Part shown: positions 39,491 through 49,200 of the stretch, one piece after another | Position numbering within the stretch: position 1 is the stretch's first letter | How the letters are laid out: each line of letters opens with the position of its first letter | Assembly: GCA_041178265.1 (NCBI GenBank) | Contig: JBEGVR010000163.1 | Location: 1 to 53,856, forward strand | Direction of reading: 5' to 3' | Source of the DNA: Pseudomonadota bacterium | Lineage (GTDB): Bacteria; Pseudomonadota; Gammaproteobacteria; Burkholderiales; Burkholderiaceae_C | DNA: 53,856 nt | Made by a program: the position numbers and the translations under genes | The notes under the pieces: generated by a model | Seen by the model: only the letters and a program-made list of their open reading frames with translations | What the model was told of the DNA's origin: nothing | Database searches by the model: none

Positions 39491-39580
39491 CGTTGTCTTC
39501 TTTCGTCTCTCTCGTTGTGGGGCCGCAGGGGCCGGGGTTGGCGCGCCCCGCGCAGGGCCAGGCGCGTCAAAGGGGCAAGG

Positions 39581-40231
39581 TCAGAGGATGCGGGCGAGGC
39601 TGTCCTCGAGGTGTTCGGAAGGCAGGCGCTTGAAGCCGGAGCGGGCGAACCGCTGCAGGCGCCCGACCACGAAGGCCGTGAGCAGCGAAGCGCGCACCTG
39701 GGCATCGACCGTGGGCGTTGCGGAGCCCTCGGCATCGTCGCGCAGGCACTGCTTGAGGGTGGATTCGATCCGGTCGAAGAACTGGTTCATCCGCTGCTGC
39801 AGGCGCTCGTTTTCGAAGACCAGGGCATCGCCGACCATGACACGGGTCATGCCGGGGTTGCGTTCGGCGAACTGCACCAGCAAGGTGGCGATCGCCGCCG
39901 CCTGCCGCACGGGCTCACCGGGCTGGCGTTCCTGGATCTGGTTCACCAGGGTGAACACGCTTTGCTCGATGAAGTCGATCAGGCCTTCGAACATCTGGGC
40001 CTTGCTCGCGAAATGGCGGTACAGGGCCGCTTCGCTCACCTCCAGGCGGGCGGCCAGGGCCGCCGTCGTGATGCGTTCGGCCCCGGGTTGCTCCAGCATC
40101 GTGGCCAGCGCCTGCAGGATTTGCACACGACGCTCGCCCGGCTTGGGACGCTTGCGCACCGGCGCGCCCGGCGCAGCGAATTCGGGGGCGTCTCGGGGGT
40201 CGGCCTGGGGGGTCGGATCGGCGTCGGGCAT
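39581..40231 (-). CDS. slmA: Nucleoid occlusion factor SlmA (TetR family)
   Basis: RRVQILQALATMLE...RITTAALAARLEVSEAALYRHFASKAQMFEGLIDFIE, FAERNPGMTR, ENERLQ. Confidence 0.9.
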   Translation of the reverse strand: MPDADPTPQADPRDAPEFAAPGAPVRKRPKPGERRVQILQALATMLEQPGAERITTAALAARLEVSEAALYRHFASKAQMFEGLIDFIEQSVFTLVNQIQERQPGEPVRQAAAIATLLVQFAERNPGMTRVMVGDALVFENERLQQRMNQFFDRIESTLKQCLRDDAEGSATPTVDAQVRASLLTAFVVGRLQRFARSGFKRLPSEHLEDSLARIL

Positions 40232-40317
40232 GGAGGGCTGGAAAGTGTTTCAGGATTCTCGCACAGCCGCACCCCCCGGCCGAGGCAAGAAAGTACGCAC
40301 TTACGTGCGTTGCCGGT

Positions 40318-41721
40318 TTACGCAGGCGTGGTGCCTGCGGAAGGCAGCCACAGGGTCACACGCAGGCCGCGTCCGCCTGTGCCCGACTCCAGCTGCAACT
40401 GGCTGTGGTGCACCCGGGCGATTTCCTGGGCGATGGCCAGGCCCAGCCCCGTGCCCTCGCCCTGAGTGCCCGGCACGCGGTAGAAGCGGTCGAACAGGTG
40501 CGGCAGTTCCTCGGGTGCCACGCCACGGCCGTCATCCTCGACCTCCAGGAAGGCGCCGCGCTCGCCCGGGCCGCAGCGGATCGTGACCGTGCGCCCCTCG
40601 GGCGTGTACTTGACGGCGTTGTCCACGAGGTTGGCCAGCAACTCTCGCAGCAGCCATTCGTAGCCGGGCACGGCGGCAGGGCGCGCCTCCAGCCCCAGGT
40701 CGATCTGCTTGGCGGAGGCGGCGTCCAGAAACGATTCCAGCAGCGACTCGCACATGGCCTTGAGCTCCACGCGCTCCATGGGCTGGGCCGTCATGCTGCG
40801 GGCGTCGGCCCGCGACAGGGCCAGCAGCTGGTTGGCCAGCTGGGAGGTGCGGCGCGTTGCGCTGCGCAGCTTCTCGATCTGCTCCACGGGGACCAGCATG
40901 GTGCCGCGCCCGCCGGGGGGCGAGATGCGGCGCGCCGCCTGGGCCCAAGCTTCCACCTGCGCCTGCAGGCCAGCCAGCGGCGTGCGCAGTTGGTGGGCCG
41001 CGTCCGCGATGAAGCGGCGCTGCCCCTGGGCCTGGGCATCGACCAGCCCGAACAGGCGATTGAGGGCAGCGACCAAGGGCCGCACCTCGCGCGGCGAGGC
41101 CAGATGGTCGATGGCACTGAGGTCCTGGGGCGAACGCCGCTCGACCACCTCGGTCAGTTCCAGCAAGGGCCGCAAGGCCCGGTCGACGGCCCAGTGGACC
41201 GCAATCGCCGCCGCCGCGATGATGACCAGGTGCGGCAGCAGCACCTTGATCAGGACGGCGCGCGCCCAGCGCTGCTGGGGGTTGGAGGCATCGGCCAGCG
41301 TGACGTTCAGTTCGCCCGCTGCCGTCGGGTGGCGCTGGCGCAGGATGCGCCAGGTCACGCCCTGGTGCTCTTCCTGGTCGTACTGGGGAGCGCGTGACTT
41401 CGGGCCCGACCCGGCCAGCCACGCCTCGCCATGCAGCAGGCGGCCGGCATCATCGGTGATCGCATACGCCGAGGTGCCGGGCCGCGCTGACAGGAACTGC
41501 TCCGCCTGCGGGGCCAGCATCAACAAGGTGGGGCCGCTTGCCGGGTCGGTGGCGGGGATCACCGAGTCCGCCATCAGCGGTTGCAGCGCAAGCAGTTGCT
41601 GGTCCTGCAACTCGGTGACGCTGCCCGCCGCCTGGTATTCGAGCCAGGCACTGGTGCACGCCAGCAGCAGCAAGGGCCCGATGATGAGTACCAGCAGGCG
41701 CCGCCGCAGGCCGGAGAGCAT
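40318..41721 (-). CDS. Sensor histidine kinase (TctE/QseC-like)
   Basis: Two TM segments, HAMP, H-box FIADAAHQLRTPL, NLVDNAVKYT, EDDGRG, FDRFYR, GTGLGL. Confidence 0.93.
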   Translation of the reverse strand: MLSGLRRRLLVLIIGPLLLLACTSAWLEYQAAGSVTELQDQQLLALQPLMADSVIPATDPASGPTLLMLAPQAEQFLSARPGTSAYAITDDAGRLLHGEAWLAGSGPKSRAPQYDQEEHQGVTWRILRQRHPTAAGELNVTLADASNPQQRWARAVLIKVLLPHLVIIAAAAIAVHWAVDRALRPLLELTEVVERRSPQDLSAIDHLASPREVRPLVAALNRLFGLVDAQAQGQRRFIADAAHQLRTPLAGLQAQVEAWAQAARRISPPGGRGTMLVPVEQIEKLRSATRRTSQLANQLLALSRADARSMTAQPMERVELKAMCESLLESFLDAASAKQIDLGLEARPAAVPGYEWLLRELLANLVDNAVKYTPEGRTVTIRCGPGERGAFLEVEDDGRGVAPEELPHLFDRFYRVPGTQGEGTGLGLAIAQEIARVHHSQLQLESGTGGRGLRVTLWLPSAGTTPA

Positions 41722-41810
41722 GTGCCCGCCCTCGACCTGGGGGGCCGCAGTCCCTATGACGGGGACATCGGCGTTCCCGGGCCCGGCCTGGCACATCAGC
41801 GGCGCCGGAT

Positions 41811-42515
41811 TCACGCGGCAGTGGCGGTGTCGTGCATTTCGAGGCGATACCCGAAGCCGCGGATGGAACGCAAGGCCACCCCATGGGGCTCGAGCTTGCC
41901 GCGCAGCCGCGAGATGTACACCTCCACCGCGTTGGGCGTGATCTCCTTGTCCCAGCCGGTGAGCGCCTGCAGCAGCTTTTCCTTGCTGGCGGGCTTGGGG
42001 GCGTTGAGCAGCAGGTACTCCATCACGGTCCACTCCCGGGGCCCGAGCTCGATGGGGGTGAACTGGTCGTTGTGGCGGGCTCCGGCGCGACGGGTGGCGG
42101 TGTCCAGTTCCAGCGGGCCGAAGGACAGGACCGACGAGGTGGCTGCCTGCGACCGCCGCAGCAAGGCGCGCAGGCGCGCCAGCAGCTCGGGCAGCTCGAA
42201 GGGCTTGATCATGTAGTCGTCGGCCCCCAGGTCCAGGCCGCGCACCCGGTCGTTCAAGCCGTCACGGGCCGTCAGGATGAGCACGGGCATCGAAGCGCTG
42301 GCCATGTCCGGTCGGCGCAACCGGCGGGTAAGGTCCAGACCATCCATCCGGGGCAGCCCGATGTCGATGATGGCCGCATCGAAGGTTTCGGTGCGCAGCA
42401 CTTCCTCAGCGCGCTCACCGCTGCCCACCCAATCCACGGCATAACCGGCATCGGTGAGGCCCAGCTTGATGCCGCTGGCGACCATCAGGTCGTCTTCTAC
42501 AAGCAAAAGTCGCAT
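41811..42515 (-). CDS. OmpR-family response regulator (TctD-like)
   Basis: MRLLLVEDD, IIDIGLPRMDG, GADDYMIKPF, NAVEVYISRLRGKL, IRGFGY. Confidence 0.94.
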   Translation of the reverse strand: MRLLLVEDDLMVASGIKLGLTDAGYAVDWVGSGERAEEVLRTETFDAAIIDIGLPRMDGLDLTRRLRRPDMASASMPVLILTARDGLNDRVRGLDLGADDYMIKPFELPELLARLRALLRRSQAATSSVLSFGPLELDTATRRAGARHNDQFTPIELGPREWTVMEYLLLNAPKPASKEKLLQALTGWDKEITPNAVEVYISRLRGKLEPHGVALRSIRGFGYRLEMHDTATAA

Positions 42516-42530
42516 GGCAAATCCATCCTT

Positions 42531-42559
42531 TAGCACGACGGTAGCACATGATGTGCTAC
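42531..42559. promoter_or_regulatory. Perfect palindrome GTAGCACAT-G-ATGTGCTAC plus an extra TAGCAC copy 11 bp away
   Basis: 9-bp arms at 42541-42549 and 42551-42559; TAGCAC at 42531 and 42542; immediately upstream of the response regulator. Confidence 0.6.
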
Positions 42560-42608
42560 AAAAGAAGTACTTTGAAGGAAGGAATGCCTGGCCGCGCGGG
42601 CCGGCCGC

Positions 42609-43577
<969 letters not shown>

Positions 43578-44669
43578 TCAGGCGCGGAACCACCGGGGGA
43601 CCTTGAAGCGCACGATGCCGACATAGGCGACCACGTAGGTCGCGACGAACAGCGCGCACAACGCCATCAGCACCGGCGTGTCTCGCCAGAACACGACGGC
43701 AGGTACGGCCGCCATGAGCGCCAGGGCCCAGAGGTAAGGCGTGGTCCGGTTGTTTCTGGCCAGCATGCGACGTACCGGGTCGTCCTGTGAAAAGGGGCGC
43801 ACGACGCGCCGGTAGATCAACTGGTGGAAATGCAAGGCATCCGGCGAGCCGGGCGACTGGCCGCGGGCCAGCTTGCGATAGATGGAAAAAAAGGTCTCCC
43901 AGACCGGGTAGATCAGGAGCAGCGCGGGAAACCAGGGCGAGACCGCGGCGTGACGCTGCACCAGCTGCACCGAGCCGACGGCAATGACGGCGCCCCACAG
44001 GTAGGCGCCCCCATCGCCCGCAAAGATCCGGCCGAGGGGATAGTTCCAGATCAGGAAACCGAAGGTGGCGCCCGCGGTCACCAGCATCAAGGCCACGATT
44101 TCCGGATCACCGACCTGGTACGCGACCCAGCTGATGGCAAGGCAGCAGATCAGGGCGACGCTGCCAGCCAGCCCGTTGTAGCCGTCAATCAGGTTGAACG
44201 CACTGGGCAGGCCGGCCACGGCCAGGACCGCCAGCACGGTGCCGACCCAGGGGGCTGCAGCCCAGACGGGCTGAAGCCAGGGCAGGTCCAGGCCACCGAT
44301 ATGAAGGTCCAGCGCCAGTACACCCACACCGCCTGCGGCCAGTGTCAACGCCATCCGCCAGCGTGCGGATACGCGATGGGTGATGTCCTCGACCAGGCCG
44401 GCGCCCGCGGCCAGCACCATCACCGCCCACCAGCCCGCGACGACGGCTGGCCGCAAGGCCGGGGCTGGTGCAGCGGCCAGCATCCCCCAGGCCCACCCGG
44501 CCGTGCACCCGAGCATCATCGCGGCGCCACCCAGGCGGGGCACGTGGCCCGCGTGGAAACGCTGGGGCATGTCGTGCGCGTAGCGTCGGGCGTTGGCATG
44601 ACCCGCGCGGCACAGCACCGCGCAGGTGAGTGATGCGATGACAGCACTCAATATGACCAGGATCAGCAT
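43578..44669 (-). CDS. MraY/WecA-superfamily polyprenyl-phosphate sugar-phosphate transferase
   Basis: VPRLGG, AFNLIDGYNGLA, NYPLGRIFAGDGGAY, PDALHFHQ; multi-TM. Confidence 0.9.
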   Translation of the reverse strand: MLILVILSAVIASLTCAVLCRAGHANARRYAHDMPQRFHAGHVPRLGGAAMMLGCTAGWAWGMLAAAPAPALRPAVVAGWWAVMVLAAGAGLVEDITHRVSARWRMALTLAAGGVGVLALDLHIGGLDLPWLQPVWAAAPWVGTVLAVLAVAGLPSAFNLIDGYNGLAGSVALICCLAISWVAYQVGDPEIVALMLVTAGATFGFLIWNYPLGRIFAGDGGAYLWGAVIAVGSVQLVQRHAAVSPWFPALLLIYPVWETFFSIYRKLARGQSPGSPDALHFHQLIYRRVVRPFSQDDPVRRMLARNNRTTPYLWALALMAAVPAVVFWRDTPVLMALCALFVATYVVAYVGIVRFKVPRWFRA

Positions 44670-44690
44670 GCTAATAACTCTACTGGAAAT

Positions 44691-45587
44691 TCAATTCTCA
44701 AGCACCTCAAAGAGCATCCGTTCCACCCCCACGCGCCAATCGGGCAGGGACAGGCCGAAGGCGCTTCGGACCGCGCCGGTGTCCAACCGTGAATTGGCGG
44801 GCCGGCGGGCCGCGGCCTGGAACGCGCTGCTGGCCACCGCATCGACTTCGGCAGAAGTGGCCTTGAGGGCCAGGCCACGCGCCCGGGCGATGTCCAGCAC
44901 GTGGCAGGCATACCCGTGCCAGGTGGTTTCTCCGGCAGCCGCCACGTGATAGAGGCCCGCGAGCGAGGGTTGCCCGCGCAGGGCCCTCAGCGCATGCGCG
45001 GTGACGTCCGCCAGCCAGTCCGCGGGGGTCGGCGCGCCGAACTGGTCGTCCACGACCGACAAGCGCTCGCGCTCCTGCGCCAGCCGCAGCATGGTCCTGG
45101 CGAAGTTGCCCCCTCTGGAGGCGTAGAGCCAGCTGGTCCTGAAAATGAGGTGACGTGCGCATTCCTGGGCGATGTGCCGCTCGCCCTCGAGCTTGGTGGC
45201 GCCATAGACGTTCAGGGGCGCGGGCGCATCGGTCTCGCGCCATGGGGCGGTGCCGCTGCCGTCGAAGACATAGTCCGTGGAGTAATGCACCATCAGCGCG
45301 CCGCTGGTCTGGGCCGCCCGCGCCAGGACACGCGGCGCCTGGGCGTTGACCCGGTGCGCGGCATCGCGGTCCGTTTCGGCCCGGTCCACTGCGGTGTAGG
45401 CGGCGGCATTGACGATGACGTCAGGTCGCACCTGGTGCACGGTCTCCGCCAGCCGGTCAGGCTCGAGGAAATCGCAGGCCAGCGCCGTCTCGCGGGTGCC
45501 CAGGGCCACCAGATCCCCCAGCAGCGCCAGGCTGCGTTGCAGCTCCCACCCGAGCTGGCCGTCTTTTCCGAAAAGCAGGATCTTCAT
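44691..45587 (-). CDS. rfbD: dTDP-4-dehydrorhamnose reductase
   Basis: [51 protein letters not shown]. Confidence 0.96.
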   Translation of the reverse strand: MKILLFGKDGQLGWELQRSLALLGDLVALGTRETALACDFLEPDRLAETVHQVRPDVIVNAAAYTAVDRAETDRDAAHRVNAQAPRVLARAAQTSGALMVHYSTDYVFDGSGTAPWRETDAPAPLNVYGATKLEGERHIAQECARHLIFRTSWLYASRGGNFARTMLRLAQERERLSVVDDQFGAPTPADWLADVTAHALRALRGQPSLAGLYHVAAAGETTWHGYACHVLDIARARGLALKATSAEVDAVASSAFQAAARRPANSRLDTGAVRSAFGLSLPDWRVGVERMLFEVLEN

Positions 45588-46657
45588 GATCGGGCGCGCT
45601 CGCCTTCGTACTGGCGCTGGACCCACTCGCGGTACGCGCCACTCTGGACCCGCTGCACCCACTGCGGATGGTCCAGGTACCACTGCACGGTCTTGCGGAT
45701 GCCGGACTCGAAGGTCTCGGCAGGCTTCCATCCGAGCTCGCGTGCGATCTTTCGGGCGTCGATGGCGTAGCGGCGGTCGTGGCCCGGGCGGTCCTTCACG
45801 AAGGCGATCTGGCCGGCATACGGCGCGCCGTCCGCACGCGGGCACATCGCATCGAGCAGGGCGCAGACGGTGCGAACGATCTCGATGTTGGGTTTCTCGT
45901 TCCAGCCACCGACGTTGTAGGTTTCGCCCACGCGCCCCGCCTCGAGCGCGCGGCGGATGGCGCTGCAATGGTCCTTCACATAGAGCCAGTCACGCACCTG
46001 CATGCCGTCGCCGTAGACCGGCAGCGGCTTGCCCGCCAGGGCATTCACGATCATCAGCGGGATCAGTTTTTCAGGGAAATGGAAGGGCCCATAGTTGTTG
46101 GAGCAGTTGGTGGTGATCACCGGCAAGCCATAGGTGTGGTGCCAGGCCCGCACCAGGTGGTCGCTCGCCGCCTTGGTGGCGGAATAGGGGCTGTTGGGCT
46201 CGTAGCGGTGGGCCTCGGTGAAGGCGGAATCCACGGGCGCGAGCGAGCCATAGACCTCGTCGGTCGAGACATGCAGGAACCGGAAGGCCGTCCCCTCGAC
46301 TGCAGGCAGGGCCTGCCAATGGGCCCGCACCGCCTCGAGCAGGCGGAAGGTGCCCACCACATTGGTCTGGATGAAATCAGCAGGGCCCTGGATGGAGCGG
46401 TCCACGTGCGATTCGGCGGCGAAATTGAGGACCGCGCGCGGGCGGTGCTGCGCCAGCAGGCGCTGCACCAGGGCGGCATCGCCGATGTCGCCCTGCACGA
46501 AGACATGGCGGGCATCGCCCTCGAGCGCCGCGAGGTTCTCGCGGTTGCCGGCGTACGTGAGTTTGTCCAGATTGACGACGGGCTCATCGCATTGAGCCAG
46601 CCAATCGAGGACGAAGTTGGCGCCGATGAACCCGGCGCCGCCGGTGACGAGAATCAT
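45584..46657 (-). CDS. rfbB: dTDP-glucose 4,6-dehydratase
   Basis: [46 protein letters not shown]. Confidence 0.97.
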   Translation of the reverse strand: MILVTGGAGFIGANFVLDWLAQCDEPVVNLDKLTYAGNRENLAALEGDARHVFVQGDIGDAALVQRLLAQHRPRAVLNFAAESHVDRSIQGPADFIQTNVVGTFRLLEAVRAHWQALPAVEGTAFRFLHVSTDEVYGSLAPVDSAFTEAHRYEPNSPYSATKAASDHLVRAWHHTYGLPVITTNCSNNYGPFHFPEKLIPLMIVNALAGKPLPVYGDGMQVRDWLYVKDHCSAIRRALEAGRVGETYNVGGWNEKPNIEIVRTVCALLDAMCPRADGAPYAGQIAFVKDRPGHDRRYAIDARKIARELGWKPAETFESGIRKTVQWYLDHPQWVQRVQSGAYREWVQRQYEGERARS

Positions 46658-46835
46658 GAAATGAACCAGGAATGCCGCCGGCACGGCGACAAAAAATTAT
46701 CGCACCTGGCTCAGGCGGCCCCAGACTGCCGCGATCGGACCACGAGCGCGCCCCCACCAGGGCGCGGGAAATCCCTCAGCCCTCAGGCCCACGACACCGC
46801 ACCCGCGCCGCAACGGCGCCCCTAAACTGAGACGC

Positions 46836-47519
46836 ATGGCAAGGAAAGCGCCACGCCGCACGGCCGAACGCATCCTCGAGGCGGCGCTGGACCTGTTCAA
46901 CCGCTTGGGGGAACCGAACGTGTCCACCACCGCCATCGCCGCCCAATTGGGCATCAGCCCGGGCAACCTGTACTACCACTACCCCGCCAAGGAAGCCATC
47001 GTCAATGCGCTGTCACAGCGGCACACCGAGGACCTGCACGAAGTCCTGCAGGCGGGGGGCGCGGTACGCGACATGGCCGCAGCCTGGGTCTTCGTGCACG
47101 CACTATTGGAGCGGCTGTGGGCGTACCGCTTCCTGTACCGGGACATCAACGACCTGGTGTCCCGCAACCGCGACCTGGAAACCTTGATGCCGCAGGTCCT
47201 CGCGCAGCAGGCGCAGGCGCTGCGCCAGATGCTGCAGGCGCTGCGTGCCGCCGGCGCCCTCGAGGTCGACGCACACGCGCTCGAGCCCACCGCGAATGCC
47301 ATGCTCCTGGTCCTGGCCTACTGGCCCAGTTTCGAGTTCGTGCGCGCCCCCCGCCGCCCGCACCAGCCCGCACAAGTCCAGGACACCTTGCACAGGGGGA
47401 CCAGCCAGGTGCTGCACCTGCTGGCCCCCTACCTGGCGCCGCGCCAGCGGCGGCAGCTGGCGGACCTGATGCAATCGCAGTCGGCGGCCCCGGGTATGGA
47501 CGGCCAGATCCAGGACTAA
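46836..47519 (+). CDS. TetR-family regulator (PhaD-like N-terminus)
   Basis: RILEAALDLFNRLGEPNVSTTAIAAQLGISPGNLYYHY. Confidence 0.88.
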   Translation: MARKAPRRTAERILEAALDLFNRLGEPNVSTTAIAAQLGISPGNLYYHYPAKEAIVNALSQRHTEDLHEVLQAGGAVRDMAAAWVFVHALLERLWAYRFLYRDINDLVSRNRDLETLMPQVLAQQAQALRQMLQALRAAGALEVDAHALEPTANAMLLVLAYWPSFEFVRAPRRPHQPAQVQDTLHRGTSQVLHLLAPYLAPRQRRQLADLMQSQSAAPGMDGQIQD

Positions 47520-47529
47520 GATCTGGCCG

Positions 47530-47784
47530 ATGCCTGACCTGCAAGCCACCTTCGATGCCGCCGTCGCCGACTCGCGCGAACTCACGCAACGCCCTGACAA
47601 CACGACGCTGCTGAAGATGTACGCCCTTTACAAGCAGGCCACCGCCGGCGATGCCCAGGGCGAGCGGCCCGGCTTTGCCGACATGGTGGGACGCGCCAAA
47701 TGGGACGCCTGGAACGGCCTGAAGGGCACGACGCCCGAAGACGCCATGCAGCAGTACATCGACCTGGTGGCTTCGTTGTCCTGA
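47530..47784 (+). CDS. Acyl-CoA-binding protein (ACBP)
   Basis: LLKMYALYKQATAGD, GRAKWDAW, AMQQYI. Confidence 0.93.
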   Translation: MPDLQATFDAAVADSRELTQRPDNTTLLKMYALYKQATAGDAQGERPGFADMVGRAKWDAWNGLKGTTPEDAMQQYIDLVASLS

Positions 47785-47789
47785 AAGCC

Positions 47790-48107
47790 TCAGACCGGTC
47801 CGGCCGGCGTGCCACGCGGTTTCGCGAGCAAGGCGTCCAGGTTGTTCGAGACTTCCTGCTCGATGCGGTCCTTGAAGGCCCCCAGCAGGAAACCCAGCTT
47901 CGCGTCCAGCTCGAAACGGTCACCCGCCACCCGCAACTCGCCGCTCACCCCGCTGCGGGTGAAGGCGATGCGGTCCATCGCTTCACCGGGGTGGTAGGTG
48001 CAGGCCATGTGCAGCTGCTCCTGCGCGCTGCGCACCCAGTCCTGGGCGATCTTGCGGGCCTCGGGCAGGCCCAGGTCGTGGTCACGGCGTATGCGCAAAT
48101 CAGGCAC
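47790..48107 (-). CDS. Putative polyhydroxyalkanoate-system (PHA granule region) family protein
   Basis: IRRDHDLGLPEAR, FTRSGVSGEL, AKLGFLLGAFKDRIEQEV; GTG start. Confidence 0.82.
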   Translation of the reverse strand: MPDLRIRRDHDLGLPEARKIAQDWVRSAQEQLHMACTYHPGEAMDRIAFTRSGVSGELRVAGDRFELDAKLGFLLGAFKDRIEQEVSNNLDALLAKPRGTPAGPV

Positions 48108-49200
48108 GTGAGAGTTCTTTCAGGAGAGGGTCGCGGCGCTCGCGCGGCATCTCGCCGAGCGTCCTGACCGCATGATAGAACCGGCGCCAGTCGCGCCCTT
48201 CGCGCTCGAACAAGGCTTCGAAGGCCGGCACCCATTCGTCGTAGGCGGCCTCGGCCCCGAAGGCGGCGTTGTTCGCCTGCGCCACCCAGCGGTCCGTGGC
48301 GCGCCAGCGGCCCGGGTCGCCTTCCCAGGTGGCACGCAAGCGGGCGTAGCGGGCGCGGAAGTCCTGCAGGATCTGCGCCTTGCGCGCCAACAGGGCGTCG
48401 GTCTCCTGCGCGGACACGCTGCGGCTCAAATACGCCTCGGCCAGGCTTGCGCGCGTAGCGCGGGTCAGCGCATGGAACTGCTCGCGGCGCGTTCGCACCT
48501 GGACGTCTTCCAGGCGCGCCGCCTCGCCGGCCTCGGACGCGAGCCATTGGCGCACGCCCAGGCGCTCGACGGCCGTGGCGAAGGACTCATTGAACGCCGT
48601 GTCGTTCTTGACGTAAACCACCTGGTGCGCCAGCTCGTGGAAGATCAGGCGCGCGAGTTCGCCTTCGGGGTAGTGGATGAAGGTGTTCAGCAGCGGATCG
48701 CCCCCCGCCCAGTTCATCCACCCCAGGGTGGAATAGGCCGGCACCGGATAGACCGCCACGTCCAGGCCCTGGGCACGCAGTGCATTCCCCTCGGCCTGGG
48801 CCCGGGCCTCGTCGTAGTAGCCCCGGTAGCCCACGCAACCGGCCACCGGAAAGCACCAGGTCCGCAGCGTGAGCGACAGAGGCGGCGCGGCCACCACGTT
48901 CCACAGCACGGCGCCGCGCCGCAGGTCGGCGTAGCGGGTGTAGCTGGGGTTGTCGGGCAAGTGCAGCGTGCGGCTGGCGAAGACGCGCAGGCGCTGCGCG
49001 GTCTGCAACTGGCGCTGCAGGCGCTGATCGGCCTGTGGGTCCACCAGCCAGTCGGACACGGGGCGCGCCGCGCTCATCACCCGGACATGGCCGCTGGCCG
49101 ATTGCCAGTAGTAACCCAGGTTCGCGCAGCCGGCCAGCCCCAGCCAGGCGACCCCCGCCAACGCGGCCAGCGCCATCCGGGCGGCGCGTCGCGAAGTCAC
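48100..49200 (-). CDS. Putative lipoprotein zinc aminopeptidase
   Basis: Lipobox LAGC, WCFPVAGCVGYRGYY, AYSTLGW, FHELAH, FNESFAT. GTG 49200 overlaps the upstream stop; ATG 49176 is the alternative. Confidence 0.85.
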   Translation of the reverse strand: MTSRRAARMALAALAGVAWLGLAGCANLGYYWQSASGHVRVMSAARPVSDWLVDPQADQRLQRQLQTAQRLRVFASRTLHLPDNPSYTRYADLRRGAVLWNVVAAPPLSLTLRTWCFPVAGCVGYRGYYDEARAQAEGNALRAQGLDVAVYPVPAYSTLGWMNWAGGDPLLNTFIHYPEGELARLIFHELAHQVVYVKNDTAFNESFATAVERLGVRQWLASEAGEAARLEDVQVRTRREQFHALTRATRASLAEAYLSRSVSAQETDALLARKAQILQDFRARYARLRATWEGDPGRWRATDRWVAQANNAAFGAEAAYDEWVPAFEALFEREGRDWRRFYHAVRTLGEMPRERRDPLLKELSRA

